Shown: positions 20,001-28,603 of the stretch, piece after piece
Position numbering within the stretch: position 1 is the stretch's first letter
How the letters are laid out: each line of letters starts with the position of its first letter
IMG/VR virus record: IMGVR_UViG_3300021256_000085
Coordinates: 21,736-85,735 of that record
Length of the DNA: 64,000 nt
Strand: one strand, 5' to 3'
Origin: a virus
Lineage: Duplodnaviria; Caudoviricetes
Translations under genes and position numbers: made by a program
The notes under the pieces: model-generated
Databases searched by the model: none
Seen by the model: only the letters and a program-made list of their open reading frames with translations
What the model was told of the DNA's origin: nothing

Positions 20001-20320
20001 GTATTAAAGATTTCTTTACAGGTGGTGATGATGAAGATAAAGAAAAAAGTAAATATGATCCAGATGAAGTTCAAAAATTAGCATATAAGTTAGCTTCATT
20101 ACATTCTAAAAATTTAAAATCTAAACGTTCATCTGAAGAAGTTAAAGAATCATTGAATATAGAATTAATTGAAGAATTGGATGAGTCAATCAAATACTTT
20201 GATATGAATTTAGAAGATTTGTTATCAGAAGAATTCTATGATTTCTTGAATAATAAAGATATGGTTATTGAATCCTTAGATGATGAAGATGATGAAATAA
20301 TTTTATATGATGAAATTTAA
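17054..20320 (+). CDS. large (1088 aa) probable virion/ejected protein with membrane helices
   Basis: Late-type motif at 17016; hydrophobic helices (ISTTILVLLPSLIGCVWGPAAAMIAA; VIIWMLSFALLAWGA); Ala/Thr/Gly-rich middle; acidic C-terminus. Confidence 0.5.
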   Translation: MKSLSNYSKTQLNYFNSFNSTNIYNQQIALNESQLILSHGSNIDSVLYKLNKCTSRYNENLFFENQDDVLFTIDEQYAARDILLLTCKLYVESLCEEYNIEVPILESTEDTVKNLKGFINKVGQYAKEKGEEFKDEVNKIGDRIKAVKEFIQQITSKAIKSAKELAEKFLDLMISLKSRLSDILSKLGAKIDEIQEEFKESILNVINNKADRPKENIYENLQNALKSGRQLDEDLILEFSLFGKKKSKEDGDNKDEKSKGRNEYEKSLDPDKKKGIKSKGKTIIVGILKQIAISTTILVLLPSLIGCVWGPAAAMIAATIAKAAMTGYGFYRLCKNIYLTIKSSEWKEKSKWAKLGHVIIWMLSFALLAWGASKMKNDFVKIWDAFSKGNLKTLVPDEMVQGGMKIINNIYKALTGKDTPGFEELQKITTEGITTWESKEEVKGKTNDNFTSKELKNLGDTNDFKNIENNLGKEVTDELKKATEATLKSSKSVQDAFTNAVDPSKLPSDTHIVFVDGNTAAKMVRTGLIGNTNGAEVAVNQITNTSLQAATNGQAGTMFMVAIKGSKDAATDILSQASSAAGKHGVDFLGKMISGTATETVVTQVPHTVAATAGGFAPIVGLPIITKKKVDKGFLLRLGSSRSKNKVYIIRENDIKGMAFKDIESKYGSNNTSVFEEMKKIINKNYKTLEKAKENLEKKSNPSKSEKKLIEGITKQLEKMKDGISEYECLVFFSKKDVESQNTENQTNEGLLNKLFGKKDKPEVKEIEYQPVMFINPICMACGDLANITEKKGPRKNPIYLKGLFASYEFLPGEEGMTEKDINEMLQSIALESLKTAWNMSADAPCTKKAFKKYVENEESIFKDQPRDDFGKLTNSEITEIFNNPSSITKYMGGKYSTKSTVEKENTENQKKRKENAKKEWKDNIENNDEIKKIIDDSPSLKKNLVDNDGKVKDGALDDLSDAFLRMETSYNKGKSKKSLWKRIKDFFTGGDDEDKEKSKYDPDEVQKLAYKLASLHSKNLKSKRSSEEVKESLNIELIEELDESIKYFDMNLEDLLSEEFYDFLNNKDMVIESLDDEDDEIILYDEI

Positions 20321-20376
20321 ATTTTTAAAGTTTATTGACTATATTATATTGTAATTAATTTAAAAACTTTAAAATT

Positions 20377-20463
20377 ATGACTTGTTTAGAAACTATTATT
20401 TACATCGTTGGTTTTAGTGTTATGATTGCTTGGTTTAACTATACTGAAAGCAAAATGAAATAA
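20377..20463 (+). CDS. 28-aa membrane peptide (MTCLETIIYIVGFSVMIAWFNYTESKMK)
   Basis: Own CTATATT motif (20339) and own terminator. Confidence 0.55.
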   Translation: MTCLETIIYIVGFSVMIAWFNYTESKMK

Positions 20464-20485
20464 ACCTAAAAATTAAAAAAAATAT

Positions 20486-20526
20486 AAGAAGTATGTATAT
20501 TCAAAATATATATACTTCTTTTTTTT
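20486..20526 (+). terminator. intrinsic terminator
   Basis: AAGAAGTATGTATATT / AATATATATACTTCTT stem plus T-run. Confidence 0.75.
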
Positions 20527-20590
20527 ATGATTTATTAGAAATTTTGACTATATTAATAATTATCATTAAACAATTAAAATTTGAAATATT

Positions 20591-21532
20591 ATGGTAGAGA
20601 ATTTTATTAAGCAAACATTGAAGAAGGAATTTGACCAAGTGAATTTAGGAGATATTAATGCTATTCATGGTAATACTATTTCGGTAAAAATAGTAATGCC
20701 TTGCTATTGTCAAGCAAATTGTCCATTTTGTTTTAACAACCAAACTATCTCGACTCAAATGCATGATTGGGATGAATTTGAGAAAAATCTTATCAAATCA
20801 TTAACATTTATTGTTAAGAATCTTGATAATCGGAAGATTACATTGGATATTACTGGTAATGAACCAACATTCAATATCAACCATTTTAAGAAATTTATGA
20901 ATTTAATTTATAATTTCAGAAGACAATATTCTGATAAGATTGATAAAGTAGTATTGACAACTAATGGATTTCATTTGTATGAATGTATACCTTATCTATA
21001 TCCAACAATTGATATAGTGAATATTTCATTACATCATTATAATTATTCGGAACGTCGTAATATTTTTAAGACTAAATATATTCCATCTAATGAAGATTTG
21101 AAATTGATGATTCAAAAGATGAATTCATTACAAATGACGGTAACATCCGTAGCTGTAATATATAATAATGTTTATATTAAAAAATTTGTTGAGGATTTTG
21201 CTAATTTCTCAAAAGAATTGGGTTTTAAGGATTCAAGAATTAGATTCAATTTCACTTCTAATAATATAATAGTGCGAAATCAATTCTATCATGAATTTAC
21301 TAATAATGATCAAATAGTTGAAAATGCCGGGTTGTCAACCAAATACTTGGATTATGATGGATATAAAGTCAATCTTTATTTGGGTGTACCTGATTTGATT
21401 GATTATGTGATTGGTGTAGAGTTTGTAATAGATGACAATGGAAAACTATATTTAGATTATAATAAGAGATTTGAAATTACTGATCCTCAAATGATCAATG
21501 ATTTCGATAAAAATATATATTTGATTAAATAA
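20591..21532 (+). CDS. radical SAM protein
   Basis: CQANCPFC (CxxxCxxC); ITGNEPT; LTTNG; VNISLH. Confidence 0.85.
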   Translation: MVENFIKQTLKKEFDQVNLGDINAIHGNTISVKIVMPCYCQANCPFCFNNQTISTQMHDWDEFEKNLIKSLTFIVKNLDNRKITLDITGNEPTFNINHFKKFMNLIYNFRRQYSDKIDKVVLTTNGFHLYECIPYLYPTIDIVNISLHHYNYSERRNIFKTKYIPSNEDLKLMIQKMNSLQMTVTSVAVIYNNVYIKKFVEDFANFSKELGFKDSRIRFNFTSNNIIVRNQFYHEFTNNDQIVENAGLSTKYLDYDGYKVNLYLGVPDLIDYVIGVEFVIDDNGKLYLDYNKRFEITDPQMINDFDKNIYLIK

Positions 21533-21534
21533 AT

Positions 21535-21987
21535 ATGAATATCAAAAAGTATTTTTCAAATTTATTTTGTTTACATGAAAAATTAGAATTTGTTGCAAAT
21601 ATATATGGGGACCAAATAAATATCCATCATGGGAAACGTTCTGTTTGGAAATGTAAATCTTGTGGTAAATTGATTTATAAAGATAAGTTATATTATAGAG
21701 ATAGTTTATCTGAATTCTTAAATAAATTATCAGAACAATATTATACTAATTTACAAAATAAATGGGAACAGGAACATAAGCAAACGTTTGACAAAATAAC
21801 CAATCAAATGTGTGAAGCCGCAAGTAATGGTAAATGGTCAATAGATTATGTTATATCATTTAATGAGAATGATTGGTATAAATTTAAAAAATATTGGGAC
21901 AAGCAAAAAATTCGTATAGTTGATGTTGAAGTATCAAATCCGGATGTTGAAATTAAATTATATAAATTTAAATTTGTATGGACGTAA
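21535..21987 (+). CDS. hypothetical protein with Cys/His zinc-binding N-terminus
   Basis: FCLHE...WKCKSCGK. Confidence 0.6.
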   Translation: MNIKKYFSNLFCLHEKLEFVANIYGDQINIHHGKRSVWKCKSCGKLIYKDKLYYRDSLSEFLNKLSEQYYTNLQNKWEQEHKQTFDKITNQMCEAASNGKWSIDYVISFNENDWYKFKKYWDKQKIRIVDVEVSNPDVEIKLYKFKFVWT

Positions 21988-22208
21988 ATAAAGTTTATAT
22001 ATTAAAATGTATTGGAGATGAAAAATTTTTTAATGGCCATTTTAATGTAATATGTAAAATGGCATTTAAAGAAGATCCATTAAAAACAGATAAATACAAT
22101 AAAGAAGTAGAAGCATTCTTGAAGGAATGTAAAAATGACAAAAAATATTTATCTTGTGTAGAAGAAGGGACTGAACAATTAATTTCATTTGAATTACAAA
22201 TAATATGA
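21978..22208 (+). CDS. hypothetical protein
   Basis: ORF track, coupled to neighbours. Confidence 0.55.
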   Translation: MDVNKVYILKCIGDEKFFNGHFNVICKMAFKEDPLKTDKYNKEVEAFLKECKNDKKYLSCVEEGTEQLISFELQII

Positions 22209-22642
22209 AGTATCATTTTCCAAATCCGGATAATAATGAATGGATTAATAAATATAATGATTTAGTTGACCAAATAGCTGAACAAGAAGAATATTGGAAA
22301 GAATATAAGAAACACCAACCTAAAAGAAATGATAAAGATCTTGATTGTTGGAAAACTACTAAAGCAGTCACAATACATCATATTATTCCAAAAAAGATTG
22401 ATATGTCTTTATTAAAAGATAAAAACAATCTTTTATATGTTCCATTCAAAGAACATTGTGATCTTCATTATTATCTATGGAAATCAAATCCTAAATATGC
22501 ATCACATCTTTGGTTTATTGGTATTGCCGGTCGTAGATTAGGAATTTGGGATTTACCTAATGGAGAAGAAGAATATAAACAATTAGCTAAAGATACTTCA
22601 TTATCACGAAAAAAGAAAAAAATAAATGAAAAGAATATTTAA
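22205..22642 (+). CDS. HNH endonuclease-like protein
   Basis: TIHHIIPK...NNLLYVPFKEHCDLH. Confidence 0.7.
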   Translation: MKYHFPNPDNNEWINKYNDLVDQIAEQEEYWKEYKKHQPKRNDKDLDCWKTTKAVTIHHIIPKKIDMSLLKDKNNLLYVPFKEHCDLHYYLWKSNPKYASHLWFIGIAGRRLGIWDLPNGEEEYKQLAKDTSLSRKKKKINEKNI

Positions 22643-23246
22643 GAAATTTTTAGATATAATGAATATACATGCTGATGATAATCAAAAATGGTTATTGATT
22701 AGTATGTTTATTTCCGGATTATTAGCAACATATATATCTCCTGCAATCACTAAAGCAATCATTACAGAATTACCAGCTGAATGGATTGCATTTGAGTCTT
22801 TATTCTCGGCTATTGTTGGATTATTATTAGGAATAATTTGGCAAGGAAAATTTCGTCATAATATTATTCGGTATTTTGTTATTTTTTGTATTACTGAATG
22901 TATACTTGGATTTCTATGTGCTATGTATCTTTGTTTTATTCACTATAATGTATGGGTATTCGCCGTCAGTACGTTGATTTATGGTAACCTGATAACCTCA
23001 TTAGTCGGTAAGTGTATAATGGCGTTTAAAGCGAAACTATGGCCGGAGAAAGAACGAGAAATATATGATAATAACTTAAGTATTGTTGGTGGTATTACTT
23101 GTATTATTGGATTTGCATTAGCATTATTTATGATGCCATCTTTAAAGGTTGCCTTGTTTATTTGGGGATTAGGTTGTATTGTTGATGATATTGGTTGGAT
23201 TATTGTATATATTAAAAACCAAAAAACTTTAAAAACAATACAATAA
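22626..23246 (+). CDS. polytopic membrane protein (about 6 TM; half-MFS-like)
   Basis: Six hydrophobic segments in 206 aa. Confidence 0.55.
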   Translation: MKRIFKKFLDIMNIHADDNQKWLLISMFISGLLATYISPAITKAIITELPAEWIAFESLFSAIVGLLLGIIWQGKFRHNIIRYFVIFCITECILGFLCAMYLCFIHYNVWVFAVSTLIYGNLITSLVGKCIMAFKAKLWPEKEREIYDNNLSIVGGITCIIGFALALFMMPSLKVALFIWGLGCIVDDIGWIIVYIKNQKTLKTIQ

Positions 23247-23314
23247 ATTTTAATATAGTTTGAATTTTTTAAAGGAATATACTATATTATTTTGTAAATT
23301 AAAATATATAATAT

Positions 23315-23491
23315 ATGAATAAGATTATTAATATCCTCGTAAAAAGAGATGGGATTACAAGAGAAGAAGCCCAAGAAATGGTTAAACGTGTTCAAGATAT
23401 GATTATCTTAAATCCAACAGAAGCCATTGAGATTATCCAAGATGAGCTTTATCTGGAACCAGATTATTTGGAAGATTTGTTTAATTATTAA
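23315..23491 (+). CDS. small hypothetical protein (58 aa, MNKIINILVKRDGITREEA...)
   Basis: Translated by hand; CTATATT at 23282. Confidence 0.6.
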   Translation: MNKIINILVKRDGITREEAQEMVKRVQDMIILNPTEAIEIIQDELYLEPDYLEDLFNY

Positions 23492-23503
23492 AAATTAAAG
23501 AAT

Positions 23504-23671
23504 ATGGATAAGCTAACATTTCTCGCCTATGAAGAGGCTCGTCAATCCGGAGAATTCAATATGATTATGGATGCCCATTCTGTCATGGCCCAATACGGAA
23601 TTTCTTCCGATGATTATTGGGATATTATTAAGAATTATTCTAAGTATGCTAATCAATATCTAAAAAGTTAA
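23504..23671 (+). CDS. small hypothetical protein (55 aa, DUF5049-like)
   Basis: FLAYEEARQSGEFNMIMD...IIKNY. Confidence 0.5.
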   Translation: MDKLTFLAYEEARQSGEFNMIMDAHSVMAQYGISSDDYWDIIKNYSKYANQYLKS

Positions 23672-23676
23672 AAGTT

Positions 23677-23964
23677 ATGTTTATTCTTATTCAGCGTTCA
23701 AATGTTGTTGGATTTTTCTCTACAAAAGAGAAAATGAGAATGGTGATTGAATTAATCATCCAACAGGAAAAAGAAAAAAATGGAACTCCTCTTGGAAATT
23801 TAAGTTTTCGTTATATTGAATGTGAACTTGATGATCCATTTTTTAGAGATCCGTATAATCCAGAAATTATAAAAGCAATTTTCAGTTTGTCAACACTACA
23901 TACTGAATACTTCCCAAATGAAGTAAAAACAGATTGGACTACAGGAGAAATTATTAATCTTTAA
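23677..23964 (+). CDS. hypothetical protein
   Basis: ORF track. Confidence 0.6.
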   Translation: MFILIQRSNVVGFFSTKEKMRMVIELIIQQEKEKNGTPLGNLSFRYIECELDDPFFRDPYNPEIIKAIFSLSTLHTEYFPNEVKTDWTTGEIINL

Positions 23965-23977
23965 AATATCATTCAAA

Positions 23978-24376
23978 ATGGAAAATGTAAATTATCTTAA
24001 AAGAAGAATTCGACCAGACTCGGAAAAGTTTCGAAATTATTTGAATAACCTTAAAGTTGGTGATAATGTATATTGGAAGTCTTTAGATAATAATCAAATT
24101 ATTGAAGAGGTTATCCAGAATATTCAGTATGGAACTAATAATGAAACTAAATACTTTATTTCCGAAGATATGTATTTAGTGGAGACTAATCTATTAGATC
24201 CTAATTCTGAAGAAGTAATGGAGTATTTAATTCGAAAAAACAATAATATTTTGAAGAATATTGCTAAACAATTTGACAATAAAGATATTTATAATCATTT
24301 TATTTCCAAATTAGTTAATAATGGATTTGATGAAAAAGTAGCTAAAAATATTTTAAACATTATGATTTATGGATAA
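23978..24376 (+). CDS. hypothetical protein (SH3-like N-terminus LKVGDNVYW)
   Basis: ORF track; loosely similar in layout to the next gene (IKIGDKFTW). Confidence 0.55.
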   Translation: MENVNYLKRRIRPDSEKFRNYLNNLKVGDNVYWKSLDNNQIIEEVIQNIQYGTNNETKYFISEDMYLVETNLLDPNSEEVMEYLIRKNNNILKNIAKQFDNKDIYNHFISKLVNNGFDEKVAKNILNIMIYG

Positions 24377-24740
24377 ATATCCAATAAAGATAGGTGACAA
24401 ATTTACTTGGGTAGATTTAGATGGAGATATCCACATTAATACATGTGTAGATATTGAAAATCAAGATTCAGATCAAATAGAAACAATGTATTTTATTCAT
24501 CGTTCGGAAAATGGTGGTGGTACATTTGTTACAGAAGATGATATTATTTCAATGGATTCTCCTACGGTAAAACAATTTTTAAAAGAAACCAATATCAAAA
24601 AAGCTAATAAGTTCTTTACAGAAAATCGTAAAGATATTCTTGTTGATATGATCTATAACAATCTTTTAGATGGTGACTCATATGACAAACAAACAATTAA
24701 AGAATATTTGAATGAGTTAATAAATTCCGGAGATTTTTAA
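24369..24740 (+). CDS. hypothetical protein
   Basis: ORF track. Confidence 0.6.
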   Translation: MDKYPIKIGDKFTWVDLDGDIHINTCVDIENQDSDQIETMYFIHRSENGGGTFVTEDDIISMDSPTVKQFLKETNIKKANKFFTENRKDILVDMIYNNLLDGDSYDKQTIKEYLNELINSGDF

Positions 24741-24817
24741 TATAAAATTTAAACTATATTTAAATTTTTAAAGATATATGTCTATATTATTTTGTAATTA
24801 ATAAAAAATATAGATAT

Positions 24818-25108
24818 ATGGCACGAAATATTAGTTTTTACAAGGTCACAAATAATGTTGTAAAACGTCATTCATTAGTATTTGATATGAATGGCACACA
24901 TATTTCAAGTAAAGAAATCCGCGAAAAGGCTATTGAGTTATATAATAAATATAAATGTGATGGTATTTTAGTTGTCACGGTCAAGAAAAATCTATGGGGT
25001 GATCCTATTGGTGGTGGTGAACTTTATTATAATGGTGCCAAGTTTTCTCGTGATACTTTAGAAATATCTTTTGTCAATGGTTGGAATATTAATTACAAAA
25101 AACATTAA
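24818..25108 (+). CDS. hypothetical protein
   Basis: ORF track; CTATATT at 24754 and 24782. Confidence 0.6.
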   Translation: MARNISFYKVTNNVVKRHSLVFDMNGTHISSKEIREKAIELYNKYKCDGILVVTVKKNLWGDPIGGGELYYNGAKFSRDTLEISFVNGWNINYKKH

Positions 25109-25497
25109 GAATGTCTTTTTGTATAATTCTCCCAATTAAAATAGGTGAAGATATATTTTAACCATGTATAATGTTTACGTGTATTAAGATATGATGGATT
25201 GTTTTCATTATAATAAGCTTCTTGTTCAAAAGATATAGATCTATATGGATAATTGAAATTATATTTAGAAGTATCTTTAAATAAACAAGAAATCAATTTG
25301 AACAAATATTCAATAAAATACAAAATATAAAAACCAATATATCCTAATTCTTTCATTTGTAATGTATGAATATATTCATGAGTATAATCTTTAGATGATA
25401 GAATAATATGGTTATCGTTTCTAGTAAAAAGAATACCAAATAAATTAATATATTTATATCCTTTCCAAGGAATATATTTGTTACTTATAATTTTCAT
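25105..25497 (-). CDS. HExxH zincin-like small protein
   Basis: INLFGILF...HEYIHTLQMKELGYIGFYILY...ISFEQEAY. Confidence 0.6.
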   Translation of the reverse strand: MKIISNKYIPWKGYKYINLFGILFTRNDNHIILSSKDYTHEYIHTLQMKELGYIGFYILYFIEYLFKLISCLFKDTSKYNFNYPYRSISFEQEAYYNENNPSYLNTRKHYTWLKYIFTYFNWENYTKRHS

Positions 25498-25646
25498 TTT
25501 TTAAAATAAAGATAATTTTTTAATAATAATTTTGAATCTATTTGAAATTTAAACTATATTAGTGTATCAAACAAATAAATTATGACAAATTAAATCAATT
25601 AAGAGAACAATACTAATAAAAACAAAAACAAAAAGGAGAAAAAACT

Positions 25647-27089
25647 ATGAGTAAAATTAATTCCACATCTATGACAAAGAAGTTGTCAACAGTTCAAACA
25701 AGTGTTGGTGAAATTGCAGGACAGGTTACAAATACCGCTGCAGCTCAATCAAATATTGCTCTTCTTCGTAGAGCAGTTCTTGCAAATCTTCTATGGGAGA
25801 ATATTGCATACATGGATGGTCAACGAGTGGCTGATGAGATTAAGCGACTTATTCCATTGTGTGATCCGGCTTTTGTAGCTCAACTTGTCGTTGAAGCTCG
25901 TACTATGCAAAAGCTCCGTCATACACCTCTATTTATTGCGGTAGAGATGTGTAAGTATGACACAACTCGTCCTTATGTAAAGGATATTCTTCCGAAGATT
26001 ATTACCCGTGCAGATATGCTTACCGACTTCTTGGCTCTTTACTGGGCCGATGGAAAGTGCCCTATTTGTAACTCGGCTAAGAAGGGTCTTGCACAAGCAT
26101 TCCATAACTTCAATGAGTACAAGTTTGCCAAGTATGATAGAAATACTCCTATCAAGTTGCGTGATGTAATGTTTATGGTTCGTCCAAAGCCTGAAACCCC
26201 ACTTGAAGCTGAACTTTACAAGAAGATTGCTGACCGTACTCTTGAAACTCCTGAGACATGGGAGGTACTTCTTTCACTTGCACATACAAATAAGGAAAAG
26301 GTAGCAGTTTGGACCAAGCTTATTAATGAAGGTAAGATTGGTGGTAAGGCTATGCTTATGAACCTTCGTAACATGCAGAATGTAGGAGTTCCTCGTCCTG
26401 TTATTACAAAGGGACTTAAGGAGCTTAAGGGAGCTATGCTTCTTCCTCTTGACTTCTTGAAGGCTATGCGTGAGAGCAATGGTCTTGACAGGGAAATTGA
26501 GGATGCTATGCTCAATACATACAAGGATATGCCAAAGCTTCCTGGAAAGACTTTGTTCATTGTAGACGTATCTGGTTCTATGGGATCACTTACATCTGGT
26601 GGATCAGTATTCTCTCGTTTGGATCAAGCTTGTTCAATGGCAATGCTCGCAGCCAATCAATGTACTGACTTTGAACTTGTATGTACAGCAGGTTCAGATG
26701 GTGATCGTAGTGAGGAGCAAATCCGTATTGAATATCCTTCAAAGGGATTCCAGCTTTTCCAAGAGATTCAAGATTCACGTCGTACTGTAGGAGGTGGTGG
26801 TATCTTCACATACCAATGTCTTGAAAAGCTTCGTAAGAAGCTTGGTAACAAGATATATGATTATACACGAATCATTGTATTCTCTGACTCTCAGGATATT
26901 GATGTAAGTTGTGGATCCAATAAGAAGCCTCGTCCATTTGGTAAGTACAATTACATCTGTGATGTATCTTGCCATACTCGAGGTATCAATTACAATGGTG
27001 TATGGACCGCAGAAATTTCTGGATGGTCAGAACACTTCCTCACATACATTGCTGCCTTTGAAGGTATTGAGAATACCTTTGATGAATAA
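25647..27089 (+). CDS. TROVE/Ro60 RNA-binding protein with C-terminal vWA (MIDAS) domain
   Basis: LRRAVLANLLWE...ARTMQKLRHTP...TPETWEV...MLMNLRNM; MIDAS DVSGSM; IVFSDSQ. Confidence 0.88.
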   Translation: MSKINSTSMTKKLSTVQTSVGEIAGQVTNTAAAQSNIALLRRAVLANLLWENIAYMDGQRVADEIKRLIPLCDPAFVAQLVVEARTMQKLRHTPLFIAVEMCKYDTTRPYVKDILPKIITRADMLTDFLALYWADGKCPICNSAKKGLAQAFHNFNEYKFAKYDRNTPIKLRDVMFMVRPKPETPLEAELYKKIADRTLETPETWEVLLSLAHTNKEKVAVWTKLINEGKIGGKAMLMNLRNMQNVGVPRPVITKGLKELKGAMLLPLDFLKAMRESNGLDREIEDAMLNTYKDMPKLPGKTLFIVDVSGSMGSLTSGGSVFSRLDQACSMAMLAANQCTDFELVCTAGSDGDRSEEQIRIEYPSKGFQLFQEIQDSRRTVGGGGIFTYQCLEKLRKKLGNKIYDYTRIIVFSDSQDIDVSCGSNKKPRPFGKYNYICDVSCHTRGINYNGVWTAEISGWSEHFLTYIAAFEGIENTFDE

Positions 27090-27122
27090 AAAATGGAAGG
27101 TTTCAAAACCTTCCATTTTTTA
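27089..27122. terminator. bidirectional terminator between convergent genes
   Basis: AAAAATGGAAGGTT / AACCTTCCATTTTT. Confidence 0.8.
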
Positions 27123-27599
27123 TTTTTTAAGTTCTTTTATATATTTCTTAAGGCATTTTAATTCATCATCATGAAATCTTCCATCCAATATTTTAAATCC
27201 CCAAGAACATGCTTTGTCTGATGATAGTTCTTGAAGGTCTTTATCATCTACAAGTTCTTTATTATATAAAACCCAATATAATGTTGATTTTCCAATATAT
27301 TTGTTTTTGTTTTTCTGAACATATATACCCCTTTTGTCAAATTTTAATGTTTTAAGAAAATCATTCCTATCTGCATATTTTTCATCAAGATATTCAACAA
27401 CTATATTATTTTTAAGGACTTTTACAATTTTGACCATTTCTCTAATCTGAGCGGCATAATGATGTGTGTCATATTTAATTAAAATACATTCATCACCAAC
27501 ATTAAAAGTAAAATCATCATCCGTACGACGAGAAGTTAATCCTAAAAACATATGTTCGGTATTTTTAGATTCATAAATAAAATCTTTAATATCTTTCAT
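27120..27599 (-). CDS. hypothetical protein with leader MKDIKDFIYE
   Basis: ORF track; shared leader. Confidence 0.65.
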   Translation of the reverse strand: MKDIKDFIYESKNTEHMFLGLTSRRTDDDFTFNVGDECILIKYDTHHYAAQIREMVKIVKVLKNNIVVEYLDEKYADRNDFLKTLKFDKRGIYVQKNKNKYIGKSTLYWVLYNKELVDDKDLQELSSDKACSWGFKILDGRFHDDELKCLKKYIKELKK

Positions 27600-27601
27600 A
27601 T

Positions 27602-27877
27602 TTAAACTTCATGACCAAATATTTTTATATCATCACAATATAAAGTTTGTGTTTTCTTGTTATATGTTCCAATATGCTCCATCATCTTGTCTTTATGATT
27701 AGGTACATATACAACTTCTAAATCAGGATCACTTTCATAATTACCAACTAAAACATCTTCTTTAGTTTCTTTCTTCCATTTATCCCAATCTGATTTTGTA
27801 TATTTTACTTTTTCACTAAAAGCATTACCAGAAAATTCATTTACTGATTGATTAATATATTCATTAATTTGTTTCAT
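27602..27877 (-). CDS. hypothetical protein with leader MKQINEYINQSVNE
   Basis: ORF track; shared leader. Confidence 0.65.
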   Translation of the reverse strand: MKQINEYINQSVNEFSGNAFSEKVKYTKSDWDKWKKETKEDVLVGNYESDPDLEVVYVPNHKDKMMEHIGTYNKKTQTLYCDDIKIFGHEV

Positions 27878-27901
27878 ATATATACTTATAATTATATTTC
27901 T

Positions 27902-28603
27902 TTACCATCTTTTAAATTCATGGCTTTCATATTTTTTAGTTGGCATTTCATTATTAATAAATTTGGCAATAATATCTCCTTTAGTAAATGGGCAATCTAA
28001 TCCCCATAAATCATCCCACCAAGAAGGAACTTCACGATATTCTACCATTTCCCAGTGTGGACAATTTTTACATCTCTTATAATGGAATTGATATTCTTTA
28101 TGTCCAGTTCCAGATACGTGAATTCCTGCACCAACAGGGCCACCTGAAAAATATTGATATACAATATCTACTAAACCAGTTTCTTTATATTCCATTTCTT
28201 TAGCACATGAAGGACAAATTAATCCTTGTTTTCTTAATTCTTCATATTTGTCTTCTTCAACATTATCTAACCAAGCCTTGAATTCTTTGATTCTTTTATT
28301 GATAACTTTAATAACAGCTTCCATTCCATAGTTTTCATATTGGAAAACTAATTTCCAAAGTTGTTCTTTAATAGCTTGAGTAGTCTTATTATTGTCAAAT
28401 GTATTTTGCTCTTTACCTAAAACAATATCATATTTTTTGAAAGCATCTTTTAATGTTTGCTCATCTTTATATGATTCAAGAGTTTCAATAAGTTTAGCAA
28501 TATCAAATTGTGGTTGAATAGTTCCTAAACAAAGCATTTCTTCTTTAGGTTCAAAAAACAATTTATAAATAAAAAATTTAATCTTATTCCAAATCTTTTT
28601 CAT
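27902..28603 (-). CDS. hypothetical protein with zinc-ribbon CxxC pairs
   Basis: ICPSC...RCKNC. Confidence 0.6.
   Translation of the reverse strand: MKKIWNKIKFFIYKLFFEPKEEMLCLGTIQPQFDIAKLIETLESYKDEQTLKDAFKKYDIVLGKEQNTFDNNKTTQAIKEQLWKLVFQYENYGMEAVIKVINKRIKEFKAWLDNVEEDKYEELRKQGLICPSCAKEMEYKETGLVDIVYQYFSGGPVGAGIHVSGTGHKEYQFHYKRCKNCPHWEMVEYREVPSWWDDLWGLDCPFTKGDIIAKFINNEMPTKKYESHEFKRW

Noticed and set aside
20377-21532. RiPP precursor plus radical SAM maturase
   Set aside because: The 28-aa peptide is a simple hydrophobic helix with its own terminator and is separated from the rSAM gene by a new promoter motif; no SPASM or RRE features are visible.
25498-25646. Y RNA or tRNA next to the Ro60 gene
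   Set aside because: The flanks are A/T-rich with no GC stems or T-loop consensus; nothing tRNA-like was found anywhere in the window by eye.
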